The notes: generated by a model from the sequence alone, not told the origin. A stretch of DNA of 64,000 bases from Octopus bimaculoides (GCF_001194135.2 NC_068998.1:9018576-9082575), one strand, 5' to 3'. Numbered from the stretch's first letter, positions 1 through 12,825 are shown. Made by a program: numbers and translations.

Positions 1-426
1 TATATATAAAGAGAGAGAGAGAGGTGAGCGAGAGAAAGTGAGAGATGAGATTGAAACAGTAACAGGATGAAAAAGACATTGTGAAGCAGAGAATTTGAAA
101 GATAAACCAGTGACATCGATAGATAGATAGAACACTGCAAAAATAGACAAACAAATGGATTAAAAGTTGCATACATATGTATATATATATATATATATAT
201 GTAGTGTTATGTGTGTGCGTGTATGTATAATAATATATATATAAATATATGTGCAAACATATATATAATTTTATCTTTAATGTATAATTTGAATTGCTGT
301 TCTTTTTTTTTTTCCTTCGACTGTTGATGTAAATAATTTTAGTTTATTTCATTCCAAAATGTTACTTTGTGTGTGTGTATGTGTGTGTGAACTTTCATGT
401 TTACTGTGTGATTAACCTATCTGCGT

Positions 427-461
<35 letters not shown>

Positions 462-519
462 TACTCATGTATACATACATTTACACACACACGCATGTTT
501 CTTTTGCGTTTTACTTTCC

Positions 520-720
520 TTTTACTTGTTTTAGTCATTTGATTGTGGCCCTGCTGGAGCACCGCCTTCAAGTGTTTTAGGGGTAAGAAATCAACCTCCA
601 AGACTTATTCTTTCTAAGCCTAGTACTTATTCTGTCAGCCTATTTTGCTGATCCACTAAGTTATGAGGATGCAAAACACACCAACACCGGTTGTCAAGTG
701 GGTGGGTGGTGGCAAACACA
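520..720 (-). mobile_element. SINE-1 3' half
   Basis: TTTACTTGTTTTAGTCATTTGATTGTGGCCCTGCTGGAGCACC...GGTTGTCAAG. Confidence 0.85.
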
Positions 721-864
721 GTTACAAAGGCATACATATTTCACCAAGTTGAAATATGTACCTGTTGAGCCCTAGGTCCAAAGTATTTGACCTATCTCCT
801 CCCCTGAAATTACTGACCTTGTGCCAAAATTTAAGACCTTATTAATTATTATTATTATTATTAT

Positions 865-1135
865 TAGTATTAGGTGAGAAAGCAGTCCATGCCATCAAAG
901 TGACACTGGGGTAAAATATATGAAGCCCAGTATACCCGTCATGACTACCCGTCTGATAAGGGTACACCAGGTACATGCATCACAACCATATGTGCGCGAC
1001 ATACTGATCTCATATCAAGATAAACAGCGCATGACCTTGCAGGTGGGGACCCAATTAGAATTTTCTTCAGGTCGAGTAGCCCATCCAGCTCAAAAGGTCC
1101 CTGAATAAGTGTTGTTTAAGGATGTTGAACAAAAC
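865..1135 (-). mobile_element. Probable retroposon 3' end with (AAT)n tail
   Basis: GC-richer block ending, on the minus strand, in the (AAT)n run at 845-865. Single copy in the window, so unconfirmed. Confidence 0.45.
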
Positions 1136-1583
1136 ACCATTATAAGTACCATTAACTCACCCCACCCCTAATATTGCTGGCCTTGTGCCAAAATTTGAAA
1201 CCACTAACTACAGCATCTCTAAACTTCGNNNNNNNNNNTTCTGGCCTTGTGCCAAAATTTGAAACCACTAACTACAGCATCTCTAAACTTTGAATCGGCC
1301 TTCTGAATATCCCATATTGTCTCAAAATTCTATTAGAAAGTCTGCTTCCATCTCTTCTACCAACACCCCTATGATGCTCCACCCAGCCTATTTTTAAACT
1401 CATTTATCAAACAGAATCTGTTAGAGATTATCTCCATTCTGCATTGTCATCACTCTGTAGTTTTGATAAACTTGCCGCAACCTTGTCTGACCCGTTCCTT
1501 ATATAGCATCAATGTAGCCAGTGTCTGTTGTGTATTTTGTTTATCTTCTGCCTGCCTCGCTCATAAAACGGGTTTCCTCCTTT

Positions 1584-1592
1584 TGTGTCTAC

Positions 1593-1629
<37 letters not shown>

Positions 1630-1667
1630 TGTGAGTGCGAGTGCAAGTGTGCATACATATGTATTGG

Positions 1668-1709
<42 letters not shown>

Positions 1710-2402
1710 TTGTCTCTCTCTGTCTGCCCCTGTTTGCCCCTGTCTGTCCCTGTTAACCCCTGTGGTTGTCTGCATATTTTGATGTGACACACACACCCAC
1801 GCACACATGTACTTGCATGTAGAGACATAAACGCATGCATATACATCTGAATATAAGTGTATACATATACACGAAAATGCATGTTTATTTGTATATATGT
1901 GTATGTGAGTGTATATATAAACACACATGCACGTATATACACATATATATGTACACATACATGTGTACACATACACATTTCTATGTACATACACATACAT
2001 CACACATTCACACAATCTACTGGCACACATATTGTTATGATTAAGCAGTTCTATACACACACACACACACACACATACACACACACACACATACATGCAT
2101 GCATATGTCTGGTGATAAGAAGTGGGAGGTAGGTTCATTCCACACCTGATGTATAATGGTAAAGCGAGGAAGGAAGAGGTAATTGTTGAAATCGTTATCT
2201 TAATTGCCAAACTGTGTAATCTTTTGGTAAGCACTTAAACAAATAAAATAAATATCCCCCCCCCCCGCTCTCGCTCTCTCTCTATATATACATATACACA
2301 TGTACACACACACACACATATACATCTCTATACACACATNNNNNNNNNNGCATGTGCATATATATGTGTATATGTCTATAAACATATATCCATCTAATGT
2401 GT

Positions 2403-2459
<57 letters not shown>

Positions 2460-2571
2460 ATTTATGTATGTCTATAAACATATATTCATATAACGTGTAT
2501 AGACGTGTGTGTGTGTATATATATATATTTATGTATATGTCTATAAACATAGATTCATGTTTATGTATGCA

Positions 2572-2623
<52 letters not shown>

Positions 2624-2712
2624 CTGTATGTATATATATATATACATACATACATGCACATATACAATACAGACATGTGCACACACACACACACACACAT
2701 AAATATATATAT
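1584..2712. repeat. Compound (CA)/(TG)/(TA) microsatellite field, representative of dozens in the window
   Basis: Direct inspection; similar fields at 8.9-9.2, 9.7-10, 23.6-24.1, 26.8-27.0, 33.2-33.5, 34.1-34.6, 42.1-42.5, 46.1-46.5 and 58.8-59.1 kb. Confidence 0.95.
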
Positions 2713-3234
2713 TGAAAACGTTGTTTGAATTTGTAAGTTTCTACTATTTCTTAACAGTATTTCTTTAGTGACTCCAAGTGATGTTTACATCTGATCCGTG
2801 TGTCTGCATTCCAGAGACGTTTAATCTGTTCAAGACACGATAATGTGAGGTATCATTGACCAATGAACAACCCTAAAAGAAAGGTTGATTGATTCCTCAT
2901 GTTATTGTTGTTTGTTGGGGATTTTTTTTTTTAACCCTCGAGTCGGTCATCGCGAAGCAGACCTATGATCATAGGGGGATCCTACAGCAGTGACCATTTT
3001 GTTTTCATAGTTGTTTTTCATTTTCATCTCTTTGCTGCAAATTTCTTGGCGACCCTGCAGGAAATAAGCCAAATACAATGGTTCAATAAATACAACAAGC
3101 ACTATTTTGCATCCAGTTAACCTTTATGCAACTGACCTCAGATGAGGACAGTGGGTCAATGTGGGTTAAAACATGATAATGATGATGATTGTTTTCAATT
3201 ATGATATTGTTAAAATTGATGAGTTTATTAAAAA

Positions 3235-3279
3235 TCTTAATCTGTTTTTTTTTTCTTTTCTTTTTCCTTCTAGGTAAGT
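3235..3279 (+). promoter_or_regulatory. Candidate recursive splice site (ratchet point) TAG|GTAAGT
   Basis: Branch-like CTTAAT, 27-nt pure pyrimidine tract (3245-3271), AG at 3272-3273, immediately followed by GTAAGT. Confidence 0.55.
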
Positions 3280-4009
3280 TACACCGATTCAGAATTGGAA
3301 TGTTTGTTCTGTATATTGTGGATCTTTTCATTCTTTGGTTCCTCCTCCAAAAACGATGCTCTTTAAACAGAAGGTTTCAAAATATAAACAGACTTTGGCA
3401 TATTCCTGTAAAAATATATATATTTATTTTTTCACAATTGTCAATGTGGAGATATTGTTGAAGGTATGTTAATATTTCTGCCACAACCAATAAACCATTA
3501 TCGTGTGTTATTTTCTTCATTTCCCTTTCTGATCTCAATTTGAAATTTGTTGTGAATGAATTTGCCTTCCGGGGTGGCTAATGGGGCCTGATAAAAATAA
3601 GTAGGCAAATATAGTTAAGCACCCGCAAGCATTCCTACAATTGCGTTTAGCTTTTGCAGAGAAAAAGATGAAGAGATGGTTTTGTTATAATACCAGACTA
3701 TTGTGAACATATTGAAATTTTTAAGTATCAATAATAGTAGCTTGATTAGAAATATTTATTTTTTCTCTTTTTTCCTTTCTATTAGGATACGCCTTGTGTG
3801 TGTGTAAATATGTATACACATGCACACATACTGGCTCTGTCTTCTCTTCTGTTATGTCTTGGGTCATCGTTGACAACAACAGATGATATAATAATAATAA
3901 TAATTATAACAATTACGGAGATGTACTTGCATAGCATGTGACTTGATCTGAGATCGAGTGTTGGAACGAAAACAATTGCAGCGTGGGAGGTGTTTATAAG
4001 CCATTATAA

Positions 4010-4180
4010 TAATGATGAGAAGATGAAGAATCTTTTCTACTAAAAGCACAAGGCCTGAAATTTTCTGGGGGGTGGGTACTAGTCGATTATATTGACCCGA
4101 GTACGTAAGGATGAAAGGCAAAGTTGATCCCAACAGAATTTGAACCGAGAACTTAAAGACAGACAAAATGCATATATTCG
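4010..4180 (-). mobile_element. SINE-2 partial
   Basis: GCACAAGGCCTGAAATTT...AAGGATGAAAGGCAAAGTTGA...GAATTTGAAC. Confidence 0.75.
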
Positions 4181-4260
4181 TGCACCCCCCCCACACACAC
4201 ACACACAAGTATGGCTGTGTGGTTAAGGTTAAGAAGTTCCTTCCCTCACTTTGTGGTTCC

Positions 4261-4527
4261 TACTAACTTATGGGGGTGTAAACAAACCAACACCATTTGT
4301 CAAGTCGTTGGGGTGATAAAAACAGATACACAAGGATACCCCTTCACACACACAAACACACACTCACACACACATATGATGGGCTTCTTTTCAGTTTCTA
4401 TCTACCAAATTCCGTCATAAGGCTTTAGTGAAAAATACAAAATACATTTGGCCTAAGTGCCATGCAGTGAGACTGAACCCAGAACCATATGGGTAGGAAG
4501 TAAATTTCTTACCACACAGCCACGCCT
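4261..4527 (-). mobile_element. SINE-1 partial, preceded by an inverted head fragment (4209-4260, +)
   Basis: GGGCTTCTTTTCAGTTTC...ACTGAACCCAGAACCAT...CTTACCACACAGCCACGCCT; upstream TGGCTGTGTGGTTAAG is on the opposite strand. Confidence 0.8.
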
Positions 4528-5228
4528 CTGCATCTTTTTGTCTTTCTTTTTTTTTCTTTTTTTTTGTATATTTATGGAAAACTTGTAATATGAGGGTCAG
4601 ATGAATATAAAGGAATTTTTTCTGAACAAAAAAATGTCTGAGAGGGCGGGGCTACTATATAGTGATAACATTAACCATTTGACCCCTCCCCTCCTCTGTG
4701 TACTCCCTCATCACTTATCTATCAATTTAACCTTTTCCTAAGGGCACAAAGAGACCTACTGAACCTTTCTTGGAATGCCTCTTNNNNNNNNNNNNNNNNN
4801 NNNNNNNNNNNNNNNNNNNNNNNNNNNNNNNNNNNNNNNNNNNNNNNNNNNNNNNNNNNNNNNNNNNNNNNNNNNNNNNNNNNNNNNNNNNNNNNNNNNN
4901 NNNNNNNNNNNNNNNNNNNNNNNNNNNNNNNNNNNNNNNNNNNNNNNNNNNNNNNNNNNNGGTTTTGACCTTTGTATGTTGTTATGATTCTGTTTTGTTT
5001 TGTTTGTGTGTGTGTTTGCATTTATATATTTTTGTTTCTGTGAAGAAGGTGAAGGTGTGGGCGGGTGTTTGCAGAGTGCTCTGACCTTTTGTCTTTTTTA
5101 AGGGCTAGGCTCACTTATGAATGATATTCTAATTAACATATGTATATTGCATTTGGTGTATATGTTGGTATATGTCACTGTGTATGTGTTTTTAATGCAT
5201 GTGTATATATATATATATATATATATAT

Positions 5229-6217
5229 NNNNNNNNNNNNNNNNNNNNNNNNNNNNNNNNNNNNNNNNNNNNNNNNNNNNNNNNNNNNNNNNNNNNNNNN
5301 NNNNNNNNNNNNNNNNNNNNNNNNNNNNNNNNNNNNNNNNNNNNNNNNNNNNNNNNNNNNNNNNNNNNNNNNNNNNNNNNNNNNNNNNNNNNNNNNNNNN
5401 NNNNNNNNNNNNNNNNNNNNNNNNNNNNNNNNNNNNNNNNNNNNNNNNNNNNNNNNNNNNNNNNNNNNNNNNNNNNNNNNNNNNNNNNNNNNNNNNNNNN
5501 NNNNNNNNNNNNNNNNNNNNNNNNNNNNNNNNNNNNNNNNNNNNNNNNNNNNNNNNNNNNNNNNNNNNNNNNNNNNNNNNNNNNNNNNNNNNNNNNNNNN
5601 NNNNNNNNNNNNNNNNNNNNNNNNNNNNNNNNNNNNNNNNNNNNNNNNNNNNNNNNNNNNNNNNNNNNNNNNNNNNNNNNNNNNNNNNNNNNNNNNNNNN
5701 NNNNNNNNNNNNNNNNNNNNNNNNNNNNNNNNNNNNNNNNNNNNNNNNNNNNNNNNNNNNNNNNNNNNNNNNNNNNNNNNNNNNNNNNNNNNNNNNNNNN
5801 NNNNNNNNNNNNNNNNNNNNNNNNNNNNNNNNNNNNNNNNNNNNNNNNNNNNNNNNNNNNNNNNNNNNNNNNNNNNNNNNNNNNNNNNNNNNNNNNNNNN
5901 NNNNNNNNNNNNNNNNNNNNNNNNNNNNNNNNNNNNNNNNNNNNNNNNNNNNNNNNNNNNNNNNNNNNNNNNNNNNNNNNNNNNNNNNNNNNNNNNNNNN
6001 NNNNNNNNNNNNNNNNNNNNNNNNNNNNNNNNNNNNNNNNNNNNNNNNNNNNNNNNNNNNNNNNNNNNNNNNNNNNNNNNNNNNNNNNNNNNNNNNNNNN
6101 NNNNNNNNNNNNNNNNNNNNNNNNNNNNNNNNNNNNNNNNNNNNNNNNNNNNNNNNNNNNNNNNNNNNNNNNNNNNNNNNNNNNNNNNNNNNNNNNNNNN
6201 NNNNNNNNNNNNNNNNN
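5229..6217. other. Assembly gap (largest of many)
   Basis: N run. Other large gaps: 4784-4960, 9983-10784, 13349-13557, 15296-15916, 21036-21356, 26382-26792, 32090-32358, 59094-59934. Small exons could be hidden in them. Confidence 1.
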
Positions 6218-6520
6218 TCATCATCATCATCATCGTTTAACGTCCGCTTTCCATGCTAGCATGGGTTATATATATAAATGTATTTGTGTGTCTATATATA
6301 TATATATATAAATTTATTTGTATATATATAGGGGTACTGGCATCGGCCACGTTTGGATGATACTTTTTACATGCCACTGGCACAGGGGCCAGTCAGGTGG
6401 TCCTGGCATTTATCACGTTCATACAGTGTTTTTTACATGCCACTGGAATAGGAGCCAGTCAGGGGGCACTGGCCACAGCTACGATTTTGGTTTTATTTGA
6501 CTCAACAGGTCGCACACATG
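6218..6520 (-). mobile_element. SINE-3 pieces (3' end 6218-6260; 5' tandem module 6331-6520)
   Basis: CATCATCGTTTAACGTCCGCTTTCCATGCTAGCATGGG; two copies of TTTTACATGCCACTGG..GCCAGTCAGG. Confidence 0.8.
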
Positions 6521-6780
6521 CATCATACGGTCTACCTTTCATCCTGAGATTTTTGCAGTTTTTTTTTCTGTATTTTTCGCAACCCTTTTTTTTTATGAGG
6601 GGAAACTTCCAGTGGATAAAACACCATGAAAAGATGGATTAATTAAACTTGCTCACTTCCTGTTTTGTGATATTTACCTAACATCAGATACTATACTGAG
6701 AGAGAGAAGAAGAGATTGATAGAGAGAGGGATGGAGAGATAGGGATGGTACCTACAAACTGGTTGTGCTTGAGAGAAAGC

Positions 6781-6803
<23 letters not shown>

Positions 6804-6814
<11 letters not shown>

Positions 6815-7037
6815 ATAAAAGTGAAAAAACTACAGAAGGCTTGTGTTACATGGTTAAAGTATATATTTAAATTATGTCAGAAAAATGTTATAAAATTTTT
6901 TTGGTATATAAACACTGTATTTGGAATGTTTATATACCAAAAGAATTTTATAACATTTTTCTGACATAATTTAAATATATACTTTAACCATGTAACACAA
7001 GCCTTCTGTAGTTTTTTCACTCTTATTATCTTTTATA
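6804..7037. mobile_element. Near-perfect foldback (MITE-like) inverted repeat
   Basis: Arms 6804-6914 and 6927-7037 are reverse complements with 2 mismatches; 12-nt loop CTGTATTTGGAA; TA-flanked. Confidence 0.9.
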
Positions 7038-7071
7038 CATCCAACCACGTGCTTTCACATACCAACTTTCT

Positions 7072-7127
<56 letters not shown>

Positions 7128-7698
7128 GATATACATACATACATACATGCATACATAGACTGTTAGTGTTTGAGTGAGAGAGAAAGCGATATACACAAGC
7201 TAATTGCATTTGAGAGAGAGAGAGAGATAGAGAGAGTGCTTGTGTTTAAGACATACACACATTTTTGTTGGTGAAGATACACTATATTTGAAACACACAC
7301 ACACACGGATGCACTCTCTTTTGTTGTCCAAAACACATTCATCCAATGCGTTTCAAAGACACACAAGCTTGTTCAAGGCTCACATGTGGGCACTCTATTG
7401 TTGTTCAAACTCTTTTATTCTGCAACGTGTTTCAATTGTGAGTCTGTGATCACACTGTTACACTTCCTCAAAGGAATGTAATCAATTACATGAAACCACA
7501 GTGCCTGATCTGTTCCTACTTCCTTATTTTTATCTCCTTCAGAAAGATAAAAGGCTATGGATATTCGATGTGGAATTTGAACTCAGAGCCTAAAGTAATG
7601 TTGCCGTAAACCACAAAGTACTTTGCGTGACATTCCATTCCCAATCCTGCCACCCCCAATCCTGCCTTCCACCCAGTATCTTAGTTAATGCAACAGTG

Positions 7699-7737
7699 TA
7701 TGAGATGGTATCAAAAAGTTCCCGGACTAGTTCTGTA
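7699..7737 (+). mobile_element. Solo terminal inverted repeat of the same mariner family
   Basis: GATGGTATCAAAAAGTTCCCGGACTAGTTCTGTA matches the terminus at 22184-22217. Confidence 0.7.
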
Positions 7738-7740
7738 TTA

Positions 7741-7852
7741 TTTTAGAATGGCATTGTAGGGTAGATGTGAAAGGCCAAATCTGGTTAGTTTGAATATAAG
7801 ACAAATGGAATGTTTGGGCTGGACATGGCCAGTTTAAATGCTAAAGAGTTAA
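7741..7852. mobile_element. Right half of the same piggyBac-like MITE
   Basis: TTAGAATGGCATTGTAGGGTAGATGTGAAAGGCCAAATCTGG...AATGCTAAAGAGTTAA resembles 22945-23011. Confidence 0.6.
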
Positions 7853-7887
7853 GAGCATTTTTGCTTCTTTTCTTTCAGAAAGCAATG

Positions 7888-7969
7888 CTGGAGTATTTGA
7901 GGGCCTGGAGTATTTGAGGGCCTGGAGTATTTGAGGGCCTGGAGTACTTGAGGGCCTGGAGTATTTGAG
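7888..7969. repeat. 17-bp minisatellite, about 4.8 copies of CTGGAGTATTTGAGGGC
   Basis: Head-to-tail units with one substitution and no spacers. Confidence 0.95.
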
Positions 7970-8156
7970 TGACAGCAGGTCACTGCTTACATAGATTAAT
8001 AATATCTGGACCCTAGACCTATGGCAGAATCCAGGCAACTTGTCAAGTGTCCCCAAACATTCAGATGGTACTGCTTCCATCAAACTTGGCCTTCTTGGTA
8101 TTTGAAGACAGCATGCAGAGTGGTGGAAGAAATACCATACAGTAATAAGATATTTT

Positions 8157-8250
8157 CTTATTTCTATACTGCCCACAAGGGGCTACACACAGAGGGGACA
8201 AACAAAGACAGACAAAGGGATTAAGTCAATTATATCGACCCCAGTGCGTA
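8157..8250 (-). mobile_element. SINE-2 3' tail
   Basis: GCCCACAAGGGG...GACAAACAAAGACAGACAAAGGGATTAAGTC...ATCGACCCCAGT matches 25513-25575. Confidence 0.8.
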
Positions 8251-8893
8251 AATTTACTGTTGGAGATAAGATATTTTCTGCCAAGTCATTGTCCATATTA
8301 TAGACATGAAAATTGGTTCGCTGTTCTCAGAATTCTCTGAGAATGGGAAGGACTGACTTGTCCCGGACTTGCTAAAATACCTGAGACAATACCTTGCAAT
8401 TGCTAGTTAAGGTATTTTCACTTTCTGATTTCAAGAACTGCCAAGGTGGAATTTTGGAATTTTGGCTTTCATCCTACCTGGGTTATATCAAATATAAAGC
8501 ATCTGCAAAACACCGGGTCGATTTATTTAATCGACTCTACTCACCCTTAAAACGTGTGGTCTTGGCCTCCTGTGTCTGTTTGTGTGTGGTGTTAGAAATC
8601 AGTGCCTGTTTGCGTAATGGCAGAGATAACCCAGATAAGGGGCCGTTTAACCAGCCATAACAGAGAGAGAGAGAGAGAGACAGGGAGAGAGAGATTGAGA
8701 TTGAGATCATAGAAAAGCATCCTAATGCATTATGACCTGTAATAAACGCTGTGGCTTTTCCCAACTGTAATAAAAGCTATCTTAATATGGCTTTTATTAC
8801 AGTTGGGAAGGCATGAGTGTCACAGGAGATCAGTAGATATGCTGTTGCGTTTGTTTATCGATAGGCTGTCGTTTGTATTGTAATGTGTGTGTA

Positions 8894-8928
<35 letters not shown>

Positions 8929-8988
8929 GCACATACATACTTATGTATGTATATGCATAAATAGATATAGCTATGTATACATAGATGG

Positions 8989-9020
<32 letters not shown>

Positions 9021-9084
9021 ATATATATATATATNNNNNNNNNNNNNNNNNNNNNNNNNNNNNNNNNNNNNNNNNATATGTATA

Positions 9085-9137
<53 letters not shown>

Positions 9138-12100
9138 ATGTATGAATAAATAGATGGCTATATAGATATATATATTTGTATGTATAAATAGATATGGATT
9201 TAGACGTGTGTATATATATATACATATATATATTTATATATGTGTGTGTGTGAGGCAGTTTAAATAAGCAGAAATGTGTCTGCACTTGTATTTTAAGTTG
9301 TTTTTTTTAAGAAAAACTGTGCATTTATCTGTGTGTGTGTAAGCATTGCATGATCCACCTTGGAACCAGTATATATACCAATGATGGATGTATGGAAGTT
9401 GTGATGTTCCAACAGATCTAATCGGGCTGCTCGATTTACTTTAATGGCTTTCTTCGTTTCTCTTCATTCTCTGTTTCTTTTTGGTTTTTTCTTTGTTCTT
9501 CTGTGCAGAGATATCGGTCAACGAAAACACTTTTGTGCTGTGGAGCATTTAGTTAATATAAACAGGGAAGAGACTATTTGAGACTCTCTCTCTCTTTCTC
9601 TCTCCTCGTGTGTGCGTGTGTGTATTTATACATTCACACACATAGATAACACCATTGACAACAAGTGTGGCACAGTATCTTTGCGTGTATATGTATATGT
9701 GCATGCATGTATGTATATATATATGTGTGTATATATATATATGTGTATATATATATGTGTGTATATATATATATATGTGTGTATATATATATGCATATAT
9801 ATATATATGTATATATGTGTATATATGTATATATGTGTATATATGTATATATGTGTATATATATATGTGTATATATGTATATATGTGTATATATATATAT
9901 GTGTATATATGTATGTGTGTATATATTGATATGTGTGTTTATATGTGTATATATATATGTGTATATATATGTGTGTGTGTATNNNNNNNNNNNNNNNNNN
10001 NNNNNNNNNNNNNNNNNNNNNNNNNNNNNNNNNNNNNNNNNNNNNNNNNNNNNNNNNNNNNNNNNNNNNNNNNNNNNNNNNNNNNNNNNNNNNNNNNNNN
10101 NNNNNNNNNNNNNNNNNNNNNNNNNNNNNNNNNNNNNNNNNNNNNNNNNNNNNNNNNNNNNNNNNNNNNNNNNNNNNNNNNNNNNNNNNNNNNNNNNNNN
10201 NNNNNNNNNNNNNNNNNNNNNNNNNNNNNNNNNNNNNNNNNNNNNNNNNNNNNNNNNNNNNNNNNNNNNNNNNNNNNNNNNNNNNNNNNNNNNNNNNNNN
10301 NNNNNNNNNNNNNNNNNNNNNNNNNNNNNNNNNNNNNNNNNNNNNNNNNNNNNNNNNNNNNNNNNNNNNNNNNNNNNNNNNNNNNNNNNNNNNNNNNNNN
10401 NNNNNNNNNNNNNNNNNNNNNNNNNNNNNNNNNNNNNNNNNNNNNNNNNNNNNNNNNNNNNNNNNNNNNNNNNNNNNNNNNNNNNNNNNNNNNNNNNNNN
10501 NNNNNNNNNNNNNNNNNNNNNNNNNNNNNNNNNNNNNNNNNNNNNNNNNNNNNNNNNNNNNNNNNNNNNNNNNNNNNNNNNNNNNNNNNNNNNNNNNNNN
10601 NNNNNNNNNNNNNNNNNNNNNNNNNNNNNNNNNNNNNNNNNNNNNNNNNNNNNNNNNNNNNNNNNNNNNNNNNNNNNNNNNNNNNNNNNNNNNNNNNNNN
10701 NNNNNNNNNNNNNNNNNNNNNNNNNNNNNNNNNNNNNNNNNNNNNNNNNNNNNNNNNNNNNNNNNNNNNNNNNNNNNNNNNNNNAAAAAAAAAAAAAAAA
10801 TCGGCTTTCATAAATTCAGTCTGATCCGTAGTATCATGGGAAAGTTGAAGTGAAGGTGATGATGCTAGACACACACACACACATATACATACACGCAGGT
10901 TATCTAGGTATGCAAATTCAGACATTTTCCGGTTTTTTTTTGTTGTTTTTAAACTGTCTTCTATTATTAACTTAATGGCTGTTTATTAACTTAGCAGTTA
11001 AGCTGCTTCAGTCAGTTTTAAATACAACACCGCCTGTACTTATACCACGTTAAATCACATTGTATACTCGCATGTGGCGGCTCACCTACCACTCTACGTG
11101 TGCACGCATCTCTGCATTTAATTTAAATCTGACAGCAGTTCTCTCAGGAGCATGGAAAGCTAATCCCGATCAAGCTACATTTTTCTTCTTTGTTTTCGCT
11201 TCTTTTGTTTTTTTTTTGTTTGTTGTCTTTTCTTTACTGTTGCAGTCGACAACAGAACAGTTTTCTTATGGCTGCATTTCATCAATGATTGAAATCTTCT
11301 GTTCTCATTGTTCAGTATGTGTGAGGCTGCTTAAGAAATTTTATTTCTGGGAAAGATTCCCGAGAACATGTGTGCGTGATCTTTCAGAGAAACTTAAACC
11401 GATTGGATGAAGCAATCGGCTTGTTTTTGTATGTGTATGTACGTGTTTGTGTGTGTTTGTTGTGTGTACTTGCTGCGTTATGCTGGATAGCTGCTTGCTT
11501 GTCTGCTGGTTTTTACTTGAGTTATTCAAATATAGATAAATACAATCCGGAAGATTTTTTTTTTTTTTTTTTCAAAAATCAGTAAAAATACTGGTAAAAA
11601 TACAATAGAAAAAATGGTTTATAACATAACAATTTGTGTGAAAAAACTTAAAATAGCACCCCTTATACTTCAAAAACAACGAAAACAACTAAAGTATGAG
11701 AAAGCGAAAAAATTCCAAATATTAGGTTTGCATTTATTTTTATATTTAATGCTTACCATTCTTGCTTTCTATTTTGTTATTATTACTTTCATTTTTGACA
11801 CATTTTCTTCCATTTGAGATAATACTGGATATTTTTATAGACATCTAGCTGAAATAGGTAATGCGTTCTTACACTTACAGCTATGTATGCACGTACACGT
11901 TCACACATACTTACACATACAAAGATATGCATAAACAGATGCGAGCACTGATGGATGTGCACACCTTTTGTACATCATACACCTACACAGACACTTGTGT
12001 GCACAGATGTTGAAACACTCTTAAAAAGCCATATATTCAGATGTAAACACTCAACCATAACATGCACACTCACACACATTTGCACATGCATATAAATATA

Positions 12101-12286
12101 TATATATTTACACATGCATGTATGTATATATACTGTATGTATATATATATATATATATTTGTCTGTTCATACATATACACAGTCTTATACACATCCAAAT
12201 ATCCCTTCTCCATACATATATATATTTAGTATGTGTGCATCAGAGTGTGTATGTGTGTGTTCACACACACACACACTCATACACAG

Positions 12287-12317
<31 letters not shown>

Positions 12318-12420
12318 CTCACAGAAACGGTTAATCAATAAATGAATAACAACAATAAGGCACAGATAGAAATATAAATGTGTGTGTGTGTGTGTGTGTA
12401 TAGAAATGTATATCTATGTA

Positions 12421-12825
12421 GAGGCACATGTGTGACTGTGTGGTAAGAAGCTTGCTTGCCACCTATATAATTTCAGGTTCCATCCCACTGAGTGGCACCT
12501 TGGGTAAGTCGCTACTACTTAGCTTCAGGCTAACATTGTGGATGGATATGATAGATGGAAACTGAAAGAAGCCCATTGTGTGTGTGTGTGTGTGTGTGTG
12601 TGTATACCTGTGTGTGCTTTTGCATTCATCCCCCACCATCAGTTGACAATCAGTCTTGGTGTGTTTACGACCCCTGTAACTTAGCAGTGCAGCAAAGGAG
12701 ACTGATAGAATAAGTTCCAGGCTTTAAAAAAATAGGATAGTAATGGGGGTCCATTTATTTGACTAAATATTCTTCAAAGCAGTGTTCCAGCATAACCTCA
12801 TTCTAATCTTTGAAACCAAATAGAT
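12421..12825 (+). mobile_element. SINE-1, full length, diverged
   Basis: GTGACTGTGTGGTAAGAAGCTTGCTT...GGCACCTTGGGTAAG...GAAACTGAAAGAAGCCC...GTGTTCCAGCAT. Confidence 0.85.

Noticed and set aside
1177-1290. 50-bp exact duplication flanking a 10-N gap
   Set aside because: Typical of unmerged overlapping contig ends; an assembly artefact.
2748-2872. Minus-strand acceptor plus peptide CLEQIKRLWNADTRIRCKHHLESLKKYC
   Set aside because: That frame has a stop between the acceptor and the peptide; the other frames close quickly; no homology.
7888-7969. Short direct repeats suggesting a CRISPR array
   Set aside because: Units are contiguous with no spacers, and the context is eukaryotic.
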